From positions 1 through 64,000 of IMG/VR virus record IMGVR_UViG_3300035499_000517: a stretch of DNA of 64,000 bases; one strand, written 5' to 3'. Position 1 is the stretch's first letter, and each line of letters starts with the position of its first letter. Both the position numbers and the translations under genes were made by a program. The notes under the pieces were generated by a model. That model was not told where the DNA came from, searched no databases, and saw only the letters and a list, made by a program, of their open reading frames with translations. This document shows positions 9,801 through 17,357 of the stretch, in pieces. Source of the DNA: a virus. Lineage: Duplodnaviria; Caudoviricetes.

Positions 9801-11787
9801 TGATGTAAATCTCTTCTCACCAGCAGAAATGCTTGTACCAATGAGTATTACCCGTGATGATCCAATCCGTACAGGCCACTGTGTAAAACAGTCTCGTGCT
9901 ACGATTCCGATCAAAGATGGTTCACCAGTTCTTATCTCGAATGGATCTGATGAACTTTGTAAGTATTACCTATCTTCAGATTTCATTATCACGGCAGATG
10001 ATGATGGAAAAGTTGTCGAATACGATCCAAGTACGAAACTTATGATTGTAGAATATAAGAATGGAAAACACCGTGCTATTAATCTTGACAAGAACATCGT
10101 AAAGAACGGTGGTGGTGGATTTGAGCTTTCTAATATTCTTATTACTGATTTAAAGGTTGGAGATACCTTTAAGAAGAATGATACACTTGCTTGGCACAAA
10201 GATTACTTTAAGAATATCCCATCTCAGGGTGTTCGTATGAATGTCGGTGCACTTATTAAGGTTGCACTTTACTCTACCTATAACACCTATGAGGATGCAG
10301 ATTTCATCACCCATAGAGTTTCTGATATGTGTTCTACTGAGATGTGTTTCCGTATCAAAACTTCCATTGGTAAAAACTCTAATATTTACAGCATGGTAAA
10401 AGTTGGACAGCATGTGAATGTCGGAGATTCTTTGATTGAATTTGATGAATCTTTTGAAGACTCTGATATCAATAAGCTTCTTGCTTCTCTTGGTGAGAAT
10501 GAAGAGCTTGTAGAAACGGTAAAGAGCAACAGTAGAAACCGAAAGAAATCAAAGTATTCTGGAGTTGTTGAAGAGATTAAGATTTATTCTGCAAGTGAAG
10601 TTGAAGATTTGTCTCCTTCTTTACAGCAGATTGTATCAACGTATTATAAGAAGATTGATAAGAAGAACCGGATTCTTTCTAAATATGACAAAGAAGGAAA
10701 GACTGTAAAATGCGGTCTTATGGTAACAGAATCTTCTGGAAGAACACAACCTGACCGATATGGAAACATCCGTGGTATTCGTGTAGATGATGGTGTTGCA
10801 ATTGAGTTTTATATCAAGCATTCAGAGCCACTTGAGGTTGGTTCTAAGGTAGCAAACTATTCTGCACTTAAGAATATCGTGTCAGAGATTATCCCAGAAG
10901 GATTTGAGCCAACTTCAGAATTTCGTCCGGATGAATCCGTCGATTCTATTATCTCTCCATCATCCATTCTTAACCGAATGGTATCTTCCATATTCCCAAC
11001 GATGTTTGGAAATAAAGTTATCATTGAGCTTAAATATGCTCTTAAGGATATCTGGGAAGGTTCTGGAGAATTTGCAACAAAGAGAGCTTCTATGGAAAGC
11101 CTCATCTATAAGGTTTTCGGTGCTCTTGATAAGACAAAAGCAAATACAAAGAAGTATCAGTCGATGTTTAAACCAATGAGTGATGTGAAGTTTAAAGAAT
11201 TCTTTAAAGAGTTCTTCCAAAACAAAGATCATTACTTAATCCTTGATATTGTAGATTACGAACGTGATTTGCAGATTGAAGATATTGAAGATGCTGCAAA
11301 GATATTAAAAGTGCCGCTTTACGAGCATGTAGCAATGCCGCATCTTACGATGGATAATAAGAATCCATCGGTGACGAAATATCCAATTCCTGTTGGGTAT
11401 ATTCATTTGAAGCGTCCACAGCAGACCGTCATGAAGAAGAATGGAATGTCTCTTACAGCAGACCAACGTTCTGCATTTACTGGACAGGTCACTGGCTCTG
11501 ATAAGAATGGTCGTGAGTCTGACCTTGAGAACTGTATGCTTACCTCTCTTGGTATGAAATACAGCTTAAAAGAGTTGAATGGACCACGAGCAGATGACTC
11601 TGTGATGAAACGAGAGATGCTTCAAAGCATTAACGAACGTGGTTATGCGAAACTGGAAGATTTAACAGATCATGTAGAAAACAAGACCACGTTAAATACA
11701 GTAAATACGTACTTCTATGGAATGGGTCTTCATACAGATCTTGTTTCGAAAGGATTAAAATTACCTTACACAATTGATACTGAGTGA
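6808..11787 (+). CDS. Phage multisubunit RNA polymerase beta subunit, virion type (N and C parts fused)
   Basis: Beta motifs in order: SSPDGQVG (cf. ETPEGPNIG), DDPIR..KQ, YNTYEDA, GSKVANYSALKNIVS (cf. GDK..RHGNKG), SPSSILNRM, VGYIHLKR, GQVTGSDKNGRESDLE. Late promoter upstream supports the virion-packaged class. Confidence 0.9.
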   Translation: MLDYTVLPYFVVKTRKLALPRGDGAGKGNLCMLFSPSFEDSIQMMSQKDNCFHNRRYHFYYRQLKYYGKTANSKIYRIKQYTQWADIKNELQKSNCGVSLYPKKLNVPVNEKRNMYLDLHVWWILFQTYAQKASLNMRVKIFWKLFNEALHTSVGSYDNRFVLMDVSKFPFFITGNLKDRVMNPLYMILYTARKFPEFLKDINMDFVLYNNNFVMRIKPSDLIDTDGKVDPTLITKYLTQLKRLYRVVEKPEDELVGLPTDEEIKEADVEEKEEEETEKAIEEADKHPTKDVMAANPKGLTKDLASKMSLEKTSTPKALKSVASTIDRPEEIVKGVTEKQAEAKKIVEEETKGEEVSEEEKDKAVADKTEELINEDKEILDEIYRQMQSKSPTKSQRSTARDQMLRDKQKEIVVRGTTIADLAKINPKEKQIESNDISKAMTTSNPNMKEIKFQNFNQSYIDNVMDKDITGVFENLNDKSTKMFIRNIKVEDTSDVLNYKETWTVSLEDENRNRHNIKVDIPKFYDKNFLWLSGNKKAIKNQLFFLPVVKIDADTVMIVTNYNKMTIKREEGKSLREIVLLQKQIAKSEELQSYFQIGSVFPYNKNRVTAVEYDEYSKVFGSFHSKDCIIYFNQVQATEEAGKRKLERVPDHLFVGFENDEPIWIDFETQRDEKNRSISDIIISHIPEADRIAIKKMQIPKRLMYTKITTMNQEIPMIVLMCIWEGLSTVLKKMGVKYRIEENAKSTGSHEDFIRFKNCYLIYDATVTNQILLNGFKVLETKEHNISEYDDVVPYIPFIQRKYGKISILNALNNVYEFTIGPIEKEILTSMRLPTDLVQLMVYANGLLGDNQSVSELDMSEYRVRCAEIIPAILYDCVAKAYVPYKNSNGKKKLSIPQDAVIKKLLELQTTEDASTLNPFLELETTHGVSTKGWRGVNLADSYTVPKRSYDQSMTGVIGVSSSPDGQVGVNRTLTMEPTINNVRGYVESRADNLDSLHDVNLFSPAEMLVPMSITRDDPIRTGHCVKQSRATIPIKDGSPVLISNGSDELCKYYLSSDFIITADDDGKVVEYDPSTKLMIVEYKNGKHRAINLDKNIVKNGGGGFELSNILITDLKVGDTFKKNDTLAWHKDYFKNIPSQGVRMNVGALIKVALYSTYNTYEDADFITHRVSDMCSTEMCFRIKTSIGKNSNIYSMVKVGQHVNVGDSLIEFDESFEDSDINKLLASLGENEELVETVKSNSRNRKKSKYSGVVEEIKIYSASEVEDLSPSLQQIVSTYYKKIDKKNRILSKYDKEGKTVKCGLMVTESSGRTQPDRYGNIRGIRVDDGVAIEFYIKHSEPLEVGSKVANYSALKNIVSEIIPEGFEPTSEFRPDESVDSIISPSSILNRMVSSIFPTMFGNKVIIELKYALKDIWEGSGEFATKRASMESLIYKVFGALDKTKANTKKYQSMFKPMSDVKFKEFFKEFFQNKDHYLILDIVDYERDLQIEDIEDAAKILKVPLYEHVAMPHLTMDNKNPSVTKYPIPVGYIHLKRPQQTVMKKNGMSLTADQRSAFTGQVTGSDKNGRESDLENCMLTSLGMKYSLKELNGPRADDSVMKREMLQSINERGYAKLEDLTDHVENKTTLNTVNTYFYGMGLHTDLVSKGLKLPYTIDTE

Positions 11788-11794
11788 TAAAAGC

Positions 11795-11835
11795 GAAGAG
11801 GGATACAAATATGTCGTATCCCTCTTCTTATTTTT
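11795..11835 (+). terminator. Intrinsic terminator between convergent genes
   Basis: GAAGAGGGATAC / GTATCCCTCTTC stem. Confidence 0.75.
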
Positions 11836-12358
11836 ATTTATTTCTTTTCTTGTTCTTCTTCTTGTTAGAAGTCTGAACTGCGTCGGAGTTGTCCTCCGGC
11901 TCAACATCATCCGGATTCGGAACATCCCCATCATTCTCTGAATCTGCTTCCTGAGAATCAGCAGCATTGTCTGGATCTGTCGGCTCAGCAGGTGTATCAG
12001 CCGGAACCTCATCTGCAGGTGTCTGAACTTCCTCAGGTGTAGAATCTACAGGATCCGGAGTAGCCGGTATTTCTGCCGGTGTCTCTTCAGGAGCCTTCTC
12101 AGGTGTTTCCTCTGGTAACTTCTCAACATACTTTGCAGCTGCTACTGTAGCGAAGTTTACCTTATCCACGTTGTGAATAGTAAGCTTCACCCGATCTGCT
12201 GTATTCTGCACGTTACACTCATAAATACTTCTTCCGTTTACAACCATTTTCTTGATTGTATCTGTCGGAATCTTTGTTGGTGTATTGATTGGGCCGGATG
12301 CTTTCAGCTCCGGAATAAAGCCACAATCTTTCACCACTACTAATTTTCTAATAGCCAT
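11834..12358 (-). CDS. Hypothetical protein with acidic Pro/Glu-rich tail (possible virion protein)
   Basis: 174 aa, RBS AAGGAGG, in late operon. Confidence 0.8.
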   Translation of the reverse strand: MAIRKLVVVKDCGFIPELKASGPINTPTKIPTDTIKKMVVNGRSIYECNVQNTADRVKLTIHNVDKVNFATVAAAKYVEKLPEETPEKAPEETPAEIPATPDPVDSTPEEVQTPADEVPADTPAEPTDPDNAADSQEADSENDGDVPNPDDVEPEDNSDAVQTSNKKKNKKRNK

Positions 12359-12381
12359 TGGTTTAATCCTCCTTATTCATG

Positions 12382-12777
12382 CTACTTTCCGCATTCGTCT
12401 TCTTCTTTATCCATCTCATTTGCAGTTGTTCTTAAGCCATCTAATACATCTGTATGTGACGGCTCACTCATAGCTGTGATTCCAAGCATCTGATCAACAG
12501 ACATATCATCTGTTGAAGCGTTTAAGATACGCTCAATCTGAGCTGGAGCATCATCATCCGTGTCCGGAATCTGCTCAATTGCATGTTTGATCTCTTCCTG
12601 CTCTTCCGGAGGGATCATTGCATCTTCTGTATATAAACGATGTTCTTTATCACAGTTCTCATAAATCATGATTGCTTCCTGGAGTTTTGCATCTTTTACA
12701 CTTTCCGTGATGAGTTCCATATCACGAGCCATGGATGCGCGTTCTCTTGCGAGATCCGCCATAACGCCACTAAACAT
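12382..12777 (-). CDS. Hypothetical acidic protein (possible head protein)
   Basis: 131 aa, RBS AAGGA, late motif AACA-GTTACT-TAA at 12814-12826 (minus). Confidence 0.8.
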   Translation of the reverse strand: MFSGVMADLARERASMARDMELITESVKDAKLQEAIMIYENCDKEHRLYTEDAMIPPEEQEEIKHAIEQIPDTDDDAPAQIERILNASTDDMSVDQMLGITAMSEPSHTDVLDGLRTTANEMDKEEDECGK

Positions 12778-12873
12778 TTATATTCACATCCTTTCTTTTT
12801 AGTAAGGTTCTATTTAAGTAACTGTTTTTGGTATGATTTTATCAAGGCTAAAATTCAACTTAAATTTCATTGA

Positions 12874-12883
12874 TATATTATCT
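12874..12883 (+). promoter_or_regulatory. Early-type promoter TATATTATCT
   Basis: Motif recurs at 16386, 19820, 31245 (minus), 33688, 36554, 50225 and 54431, with variants at 48184, 49168 and 62497; resembles the phiKZ early motif TATATTAC. Confidence 0.7.
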
Positions 12884-12940
12884 ATGTAGAAGTAGTAAAA
12901 GATAACTAATTCAAACTAAAAAAGAAAGGAAAGTTGAGAC

Positions 12941-14224
12941 ATGGGTAAACAAAAAATGAGTTACAAAAAGTTGCGTAAAGCAGCGAAGAAACTTTATGGT
13001 GGTTATCCGATTCTGGATACAGATGATGGATACAGCAAGAAGTACAGAGATTTGATGATTTCACTGGGGCTTGCTTCTAGTAGAAATACGTCAAATCAGG
13101 TGTACCCGAATTCATTGATTCGGACAAATAAGATTGGAGGTTATAATTATCAGGCACAACCTAGATATATTGCTGTACCTGGAGAGCCAATGAGACCTGA
13201 TGAATGGGAACCGAAACCTAGGTATGATTATAACCCGGCAGCGAAGTATGATCATGGTGAGACTAATGTAATGCCGAGCGAGAGTTATAAGACTCTTACG
13301 AATCTCACCCAGTATCTCCGTTTCAAGTACACACCGGACACCTTTGATGTTATTACAAAGATGATTGCATCAAAGGAATTGTCTCTTTATGAGCCAGTAG
13401 CAACCTTATCTACGAAGTTATGTAGAACAAGCTATGCTGAGGATAATTGGGAAGATGGATTTTTGAACCATCTTTACGGAATACCATCAGAACTTATTCC
13501 GAGAATTGAATTATCCAGATGCCCAATTGCACGTTTATCGCAAGATGTGTATAACGCATATCTGACTCTGATAGATGATGTTTATGCATATCTTCTCAAT
13601 GGAATGGAAGAGGATGAGGAGGATGAAGAATACTCAGAGTTCTTGAATCGTGCTTGTGATGTACTCAATGCATTCTTGGTTGATTACGGTGAGCTTAAGT
13701 ATTATGCAATGACTGAGACATTCCAGAATCCGGGAAGACCGATTGGAAATACTCAGACAATTGAACTGACTTCTGTTCAGACACCGAGGAATGATTTATC
13801 TGGATTTTATATGTACAACACTAGTCATGAAGGGAATGATGAGATTCTTCATGTTTACGTTTCTAATCAGGAACTTCACTGTGCAGTCTTAAATGGTGAG
13901 GGTAACCATGATTATCCGGAACAGCAGTATCTTCCTTTGGTAGTTTCTCAGGAGTACTCCTATAATACCAAGTTGCTCGGTGTTAGCGTCTATGACTTTG
14001 CTGCTCTTTGTAGAATTCTTTATGAAGTGATTGAGCGTGAGCACAGTTACGAAATGAAGCGTATTTTACCTGGTGCATGGGATTACTTCCACAATACTGG
14101 AGCTGCTGAACCAAAGTTTGTAGAATCCGAGGAAGTTCCCGTAGTGGATATTCCATCTGAAATCCCGAATCAGGCAGCCGAATCTGTCACAGAAGAGACC
14201 TCTGAAGCAGAGACTACAAATTAG
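12941..14224 (+). CDS. Hypothetical early protein
   Basis: 427 aa, RBS AAGGA, early motif upstream, terminator hairpin ~14245-14277 downstream. Confidence 0.85.
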   Translation: MGKQKMSYKKLRKAAKKLYGGYPILDTDDGYSKKYRDLMISLGLASSRNTSNQVYPNSLIRTNKIGGYNYQAQPRYIAVPGEPMRPDEWEPKPRYDYNPAAKYDHGETNVMPSESYKTLTNLTQYLRFKYTPDTFDVITKMIASKELSLYEPVATLSTKLCRTSYAEDNWEDGFLNHLYGIPSELIPRIELSRCPIARLSQDVYNAYLTLIDDVYAYLLNGMEEDEEDEEYSEFLNRACDVLNAFLVDYGELKYYAMTETFQNPGRPIGNTQTIELTSVQTPRNDLSGFYMYNTSHEGNDEILHVYVSNQELHCAVLNGEGNHDYPEQQYLPLVVSQEYSYNTKLLGVSVYDFAALCRILYEVIEREHSYEMKRILPGAWDYFHNTGAAEPKFVESEEVPVVDIPSEIPNQAAESVTEETSEAETTN

Positions 14225-14298
14225 TATTCACAAAAACATAAAGCATAGGTGAGTAATCACGCTCACCTATGTTTTTTACTGTAAAGGAGGTTTTTAAC

Positions 14299-15531
14299 AT
14301 GGATGAAGAAAAATACACACCCACTTTTCTGACATTCAAAGCCTATATATTAAACCAAACTAGCTATGATAAAGTTTGTGAAGGGTTGAATAACGACAAA
14401 GGTCTTGGTGTAAGCGGCGATGCTTTTGACTATGTAAAAGAAACATTCAGGCATTACTACACACAAGAAAATTACGGATGTATCCCTAGTGATATCAATC
14501 TTCGAGTACATAATCAATTTCATTTAAGTGGAGCAATCACCAGCTTTCAGGATAATATCAAAGAACTGGTTGAATCTGTGAAAAAGCGTCTTGAAGACAT
14601 CAAAACGGAGATTGGTACACATTGTAATGACTGGGAGTACTATATCCTGTATCAAGTTACACAAATGGTCATTGATATGCGATTCTTATTCCCTTATTTT
14701 CTTGGAATTATCGGAGAATATCCAGAGTACTGGACATATCAATATATAAGTATTCCATTTACTCCAGGGTGTAAAGGATATAATGATTGTATTGATTTAA
14801 CCTTTATCAATTCTTCTGAGAAAATAGTTAGAGATCTTGATCGTCATTTAAATAGATTTATAGATCATGTGAAAGAATTTTCAGAAGAAAGGAAAGACTA
14901 TGCAGTTATTGCAGAGGATTATTTCGATGGCATTTATGATTATACGAATTACACTGCAACATTTAAGATGCTGATGCATACTTTAAAATTCTTTGGATTT
15001 AAATGTATCGACTTTTATATGGCATTTATATTCTTCTATTACAATATAACACAACGAAAAATAGATATTGGAGGAGAAAGCTATGACACTGGAGGAGTTA
15101 CAATATCAGAGTCCAGAAATGATAGAGGAGTGGATCAAACAGAAGAAGAAAAAGAAGAAGAGGATGCAACTGTTAACGAAAGCCAAGACACTGTGCGAGA
15201 AGAAGGAACAAAAGAAGGACCCGGAGATTCCACATTGTCTGACGACGATGTTGGACGATCTGATAAAAGTTTGCATGATGGAGGAGAAGAAATGAGCGAA
15301 GAAATGACTACAGAAATAAAAGCAGATGGAAAAGGTGGTACATATCAGGAGTTTAATCCTAAATTCAGTGATGTTGTAGCACTCATGAGTCTTATAGGTG
15401 ATTGTCCTGAGTTATATGATAATATCATGAAAATCACCAGACTGTCTGATGAAAAGAAAGAATTTATGGTAAGTACCATCAATAAGATGGCAACTTTCCT
15501 TGAAACTAATAATTGGAGGTATCTACAATAA
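14299..15531 (+). CDS. Hypothetical protein
   Basis: Start moved to ATG 14299 (AAGGAGG RBS); internal RBS+ATG at 15292 may give a separate C-terminal product. Confidence 0.8.
   Translation: MDEEKYTPTFLTFKAYILNQTSYDKVCEGLNNDKGLGVSGDAFDYVKETFRHYYTQENYGCIPSDINLRVHNQFHLSGAITSFQDNIKELVESVKKRLEDIKTEIGTHCNDWEYYILYQVTQMVIDMRFLFPYFLGIIGEYPEYWTYQYISIPFTPGCKGYNDCIDLTFINSSEKIVRDLDRHLNRFIDHVKEFSEERKDYAVIAEDYFDGIYDYTNYTATFKMLMHTLKFFGFKCIDFYMAFIFFYYNITQRKIDIGGESYDTGGVTISESRNDRGVDQTEEEKEEEDATVNESQDTVREEGTKEGPGDSTLSDDDVGRSDKSLHDGGEEMSEEMTTEIKADGKGGTYQEFNPKFSDVVALMSLIGDCPELYDNIMKITRLSDEKKEFMVSTINKMATFLETNNWRYLQ
15083..15295 (+). CDS. Possible overlapping out-of-frame basic protein (70 aa)
   Basis: GGAGGAG RBS then ATG (MTLEELQYQSPEMIEEWIKQKKKKKKR...); its TGA overlaps ATG 15292 as ATGA. 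Confidence 0.4.
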   Translation: MTLEELQYQSPEMIEEWIKQKKKKKKRMQLLTKAKTLCEKKEQKKDPEIPHCLTTMLDDLIKVCMMEEKK

Positions 15532-16367
15532 TGAATGATATACCAGATATCCACCGATATATTGATCGGAAGTATTTGAAGAATTTTGTTGAGAGTCATC
15601 ATACAGATGATGTTATTAAACTACTTTATCCAGACAAAAATTCTATTGAGAACCTCACAGGTTTTGTTGAAATGGCTGGTGTGAGTCATCTCCATTCGGC
15701 TAAGTTAATCACGACTGCCTGGGATAGAGTTCACCGTACTATTATTGCATATAATACTACATATGATGCATTGACAAGTCACACCAATCTATTACCAATT
15801 TATGTGCTTGATGAACATGAACGCACCTTATTAGAGTCTTTACGGTTCAACATCATTTCAGCGATTGCAGAGTTCTTCGTTATAATTGAAATTGTGGTTC
15901 CGATCTCTTATCAGTATTATTCTGAAGATTCTTACCGTGAGCATGTAGAGCATTTAACACATGCTTACGCAAGTACAAAGAAAGGGCAAGATTCTACGGA
16001 GTATGCGTGTGTGAATGCACTTATTGATGCTAATATGTGTGGAGCTATAAACATCGTATATTACGAGTATGCAAAAGAAGTTTGTTATTTTCTTGGGAAT
16101 CTTTGCGTGAATGTAGAAGTATCTTTAGATGAATTTCGTATTGCTGTATGTGGCATCATTGGGTGTTATGAGACTGCTGCATTAACCGCTAAAACCAAAG
16201 CTGAAATCAAAGAAGAGTACGTAAAGTCTGATGATATGAATTTGGCAATGGAGTTGTTTGATTCACAACCAGAAGCAAAAGAAATGATCAGAAAGTATTT
16301 GAAACTCTCAAAAGAGAATAGACAGAAGATCAATGATCTCGTTGTTGCTATTATGAATACATTTTAG
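15531..16367 (+). CDS. Hypothetical protein
   Basis: Start moved to ATG 15531 (GGAGG RBS, TAATG overlap); C-terminal helix pair resembles that of the preceding gene. Confidence 0.8.
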   Translation: MNDIPDIHRYIDRKYLKNFVESHHTDDVIKLLYPDKNSIENLTGFVEMAGVSHLHSAKLITTAWDRVHRTIIAYNTTYDALTSHTNLLPIYVLDEHERTLLESLRFNIISAIAEFFVIIEIVVPISYQYYSEDSYREHVEHLTHAYASTKKGQDSTEYACVNALIDANMCGAINIVYYEYAKEVCYFLGNLCVNVEVSLDEFRIAVCGIIGCYETAALTAKTKAEIKEEYVKSDDMNLAMELFDSQPEAKEMIRKYLKLSKENRQKINDLVVAIMNTF

Positions 16368-16484
16368 CAAAATGATTTTCAGTTATATATTATCTTTATG
16401 AGAGTTAATGGGTATAAAAAAGAAAAACCCAAGTTACAAACGATTAACTCGATAAATAATTATTTTGTAAGGAGGATAAAAGTA

Positions 16485-17279
16485 GTGAAAGACAAGAACC
16501 AAAAAAGAGAAGTCAACCGTAAGTTGGAGGCATGGTATAATGCCTACGTGGTTGACGATATTGATTTGAACAAAGAAATTGCCGGGGTTTGTATGAGAGC
16601 AATTCAGGATCAGTTCGATATTCTTCTTTATGATCGAGAGCATGGTGAGGATGAAGATGAAGGAATCCGTTCTGTCCTTGCTATTTACAACTTTGTATTT
16701 GAGGCAATCATTGAAGAGCTCAAGAAGATGCAGGATAAGCATTCGGAGATTGCAATCTGTATCGGAGATGAAGATCCGAAGACCGGTAAGAAAGGAATCT
16801 TGGAGATTGGCTATGATAATCTCGAGGATGATGATTCCGAGAAGCAGGGTAACTTCTCTCCGTTCGTAAATGATTTAGGAGGAAGGGTCCATAACCAGAG
16901 AGATCAGGGAGATTCTTCTGTAGATATCTGTACAAAGTGGATGAGTGAGAACATGAAGTCTTATCCGAAGCTTTGGGATGCAATTGCTACAACAGCAGCA
17001 AAGAATCTCGCAAATGAGGTAAACATCCCGATTGCACAGACTGTTATCATTCTTCCGATCTTTGCGCTCATCCAGTCACAGCTTTGTGAGTTCATGGATG
17101 TGTATCGTAAGGATAAAGATGAAGCATCTGTTCTCATTACATTTGCATCCGTGATTGATGTTCTCGCAAGAAAGATGGAGGACAACAGCACTAAGATCGA
17201 GTTTAAGCCGAAGCCGTCCATGAAGTTGGGTACAAAGTCAGATGCAAAAGCAACAACGCTGCATGAAGATGAGGATTAA
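16485..17279 (+). CDS. Hypothetical early protein, possibly HU/IHF-like DNA-binding
   Basis: GTG after AAGGAGG; high-expression codon bias; C-terminal VLITFASVIDV...IEFKPKPSMK resembles the HU beta-arm/AFKP..LK pattern. Confidence 0.6.
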   Translation: MKDKNQKREVNRKLEAWYNAYVVDDIDLNKEIAGVCMRAIQDQFDILLYDREHGEDEDEGIRSVLAIYNFVFEAIIEELKKMQDKHSEIAICIGDEDPKTGKKGILEIGYDNLEDDDSEKQGNFSPFVNDLGGRVHNQRDQGDSSVDICTKWMSENMKSYPKLWDAIATTAAKNLANEVNIPIAQTVIILPIFALIQSQLCEFMDVYRKDKDEASVLITFASVIDVLARKMEDNSTKIEFKPKPSMKLGTKSDAKATTLHEDED

Positions 17280-17357
17280 TCCTCATCTTGCATCTTGCTA
17301 TAAAAGAAATATCCACGGGCAACCACCCGTGGATTTTTTTGTATAAGGAGGTTTTAG

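Noticed and set aside
7539-11232. Many 60-140 aa alternative-frame and antisense ORFs inside the RNAP gene (likewise inside other long genes)
   Set aside because: Shadow ORFs caused by codon bias; no RBS or promoter support
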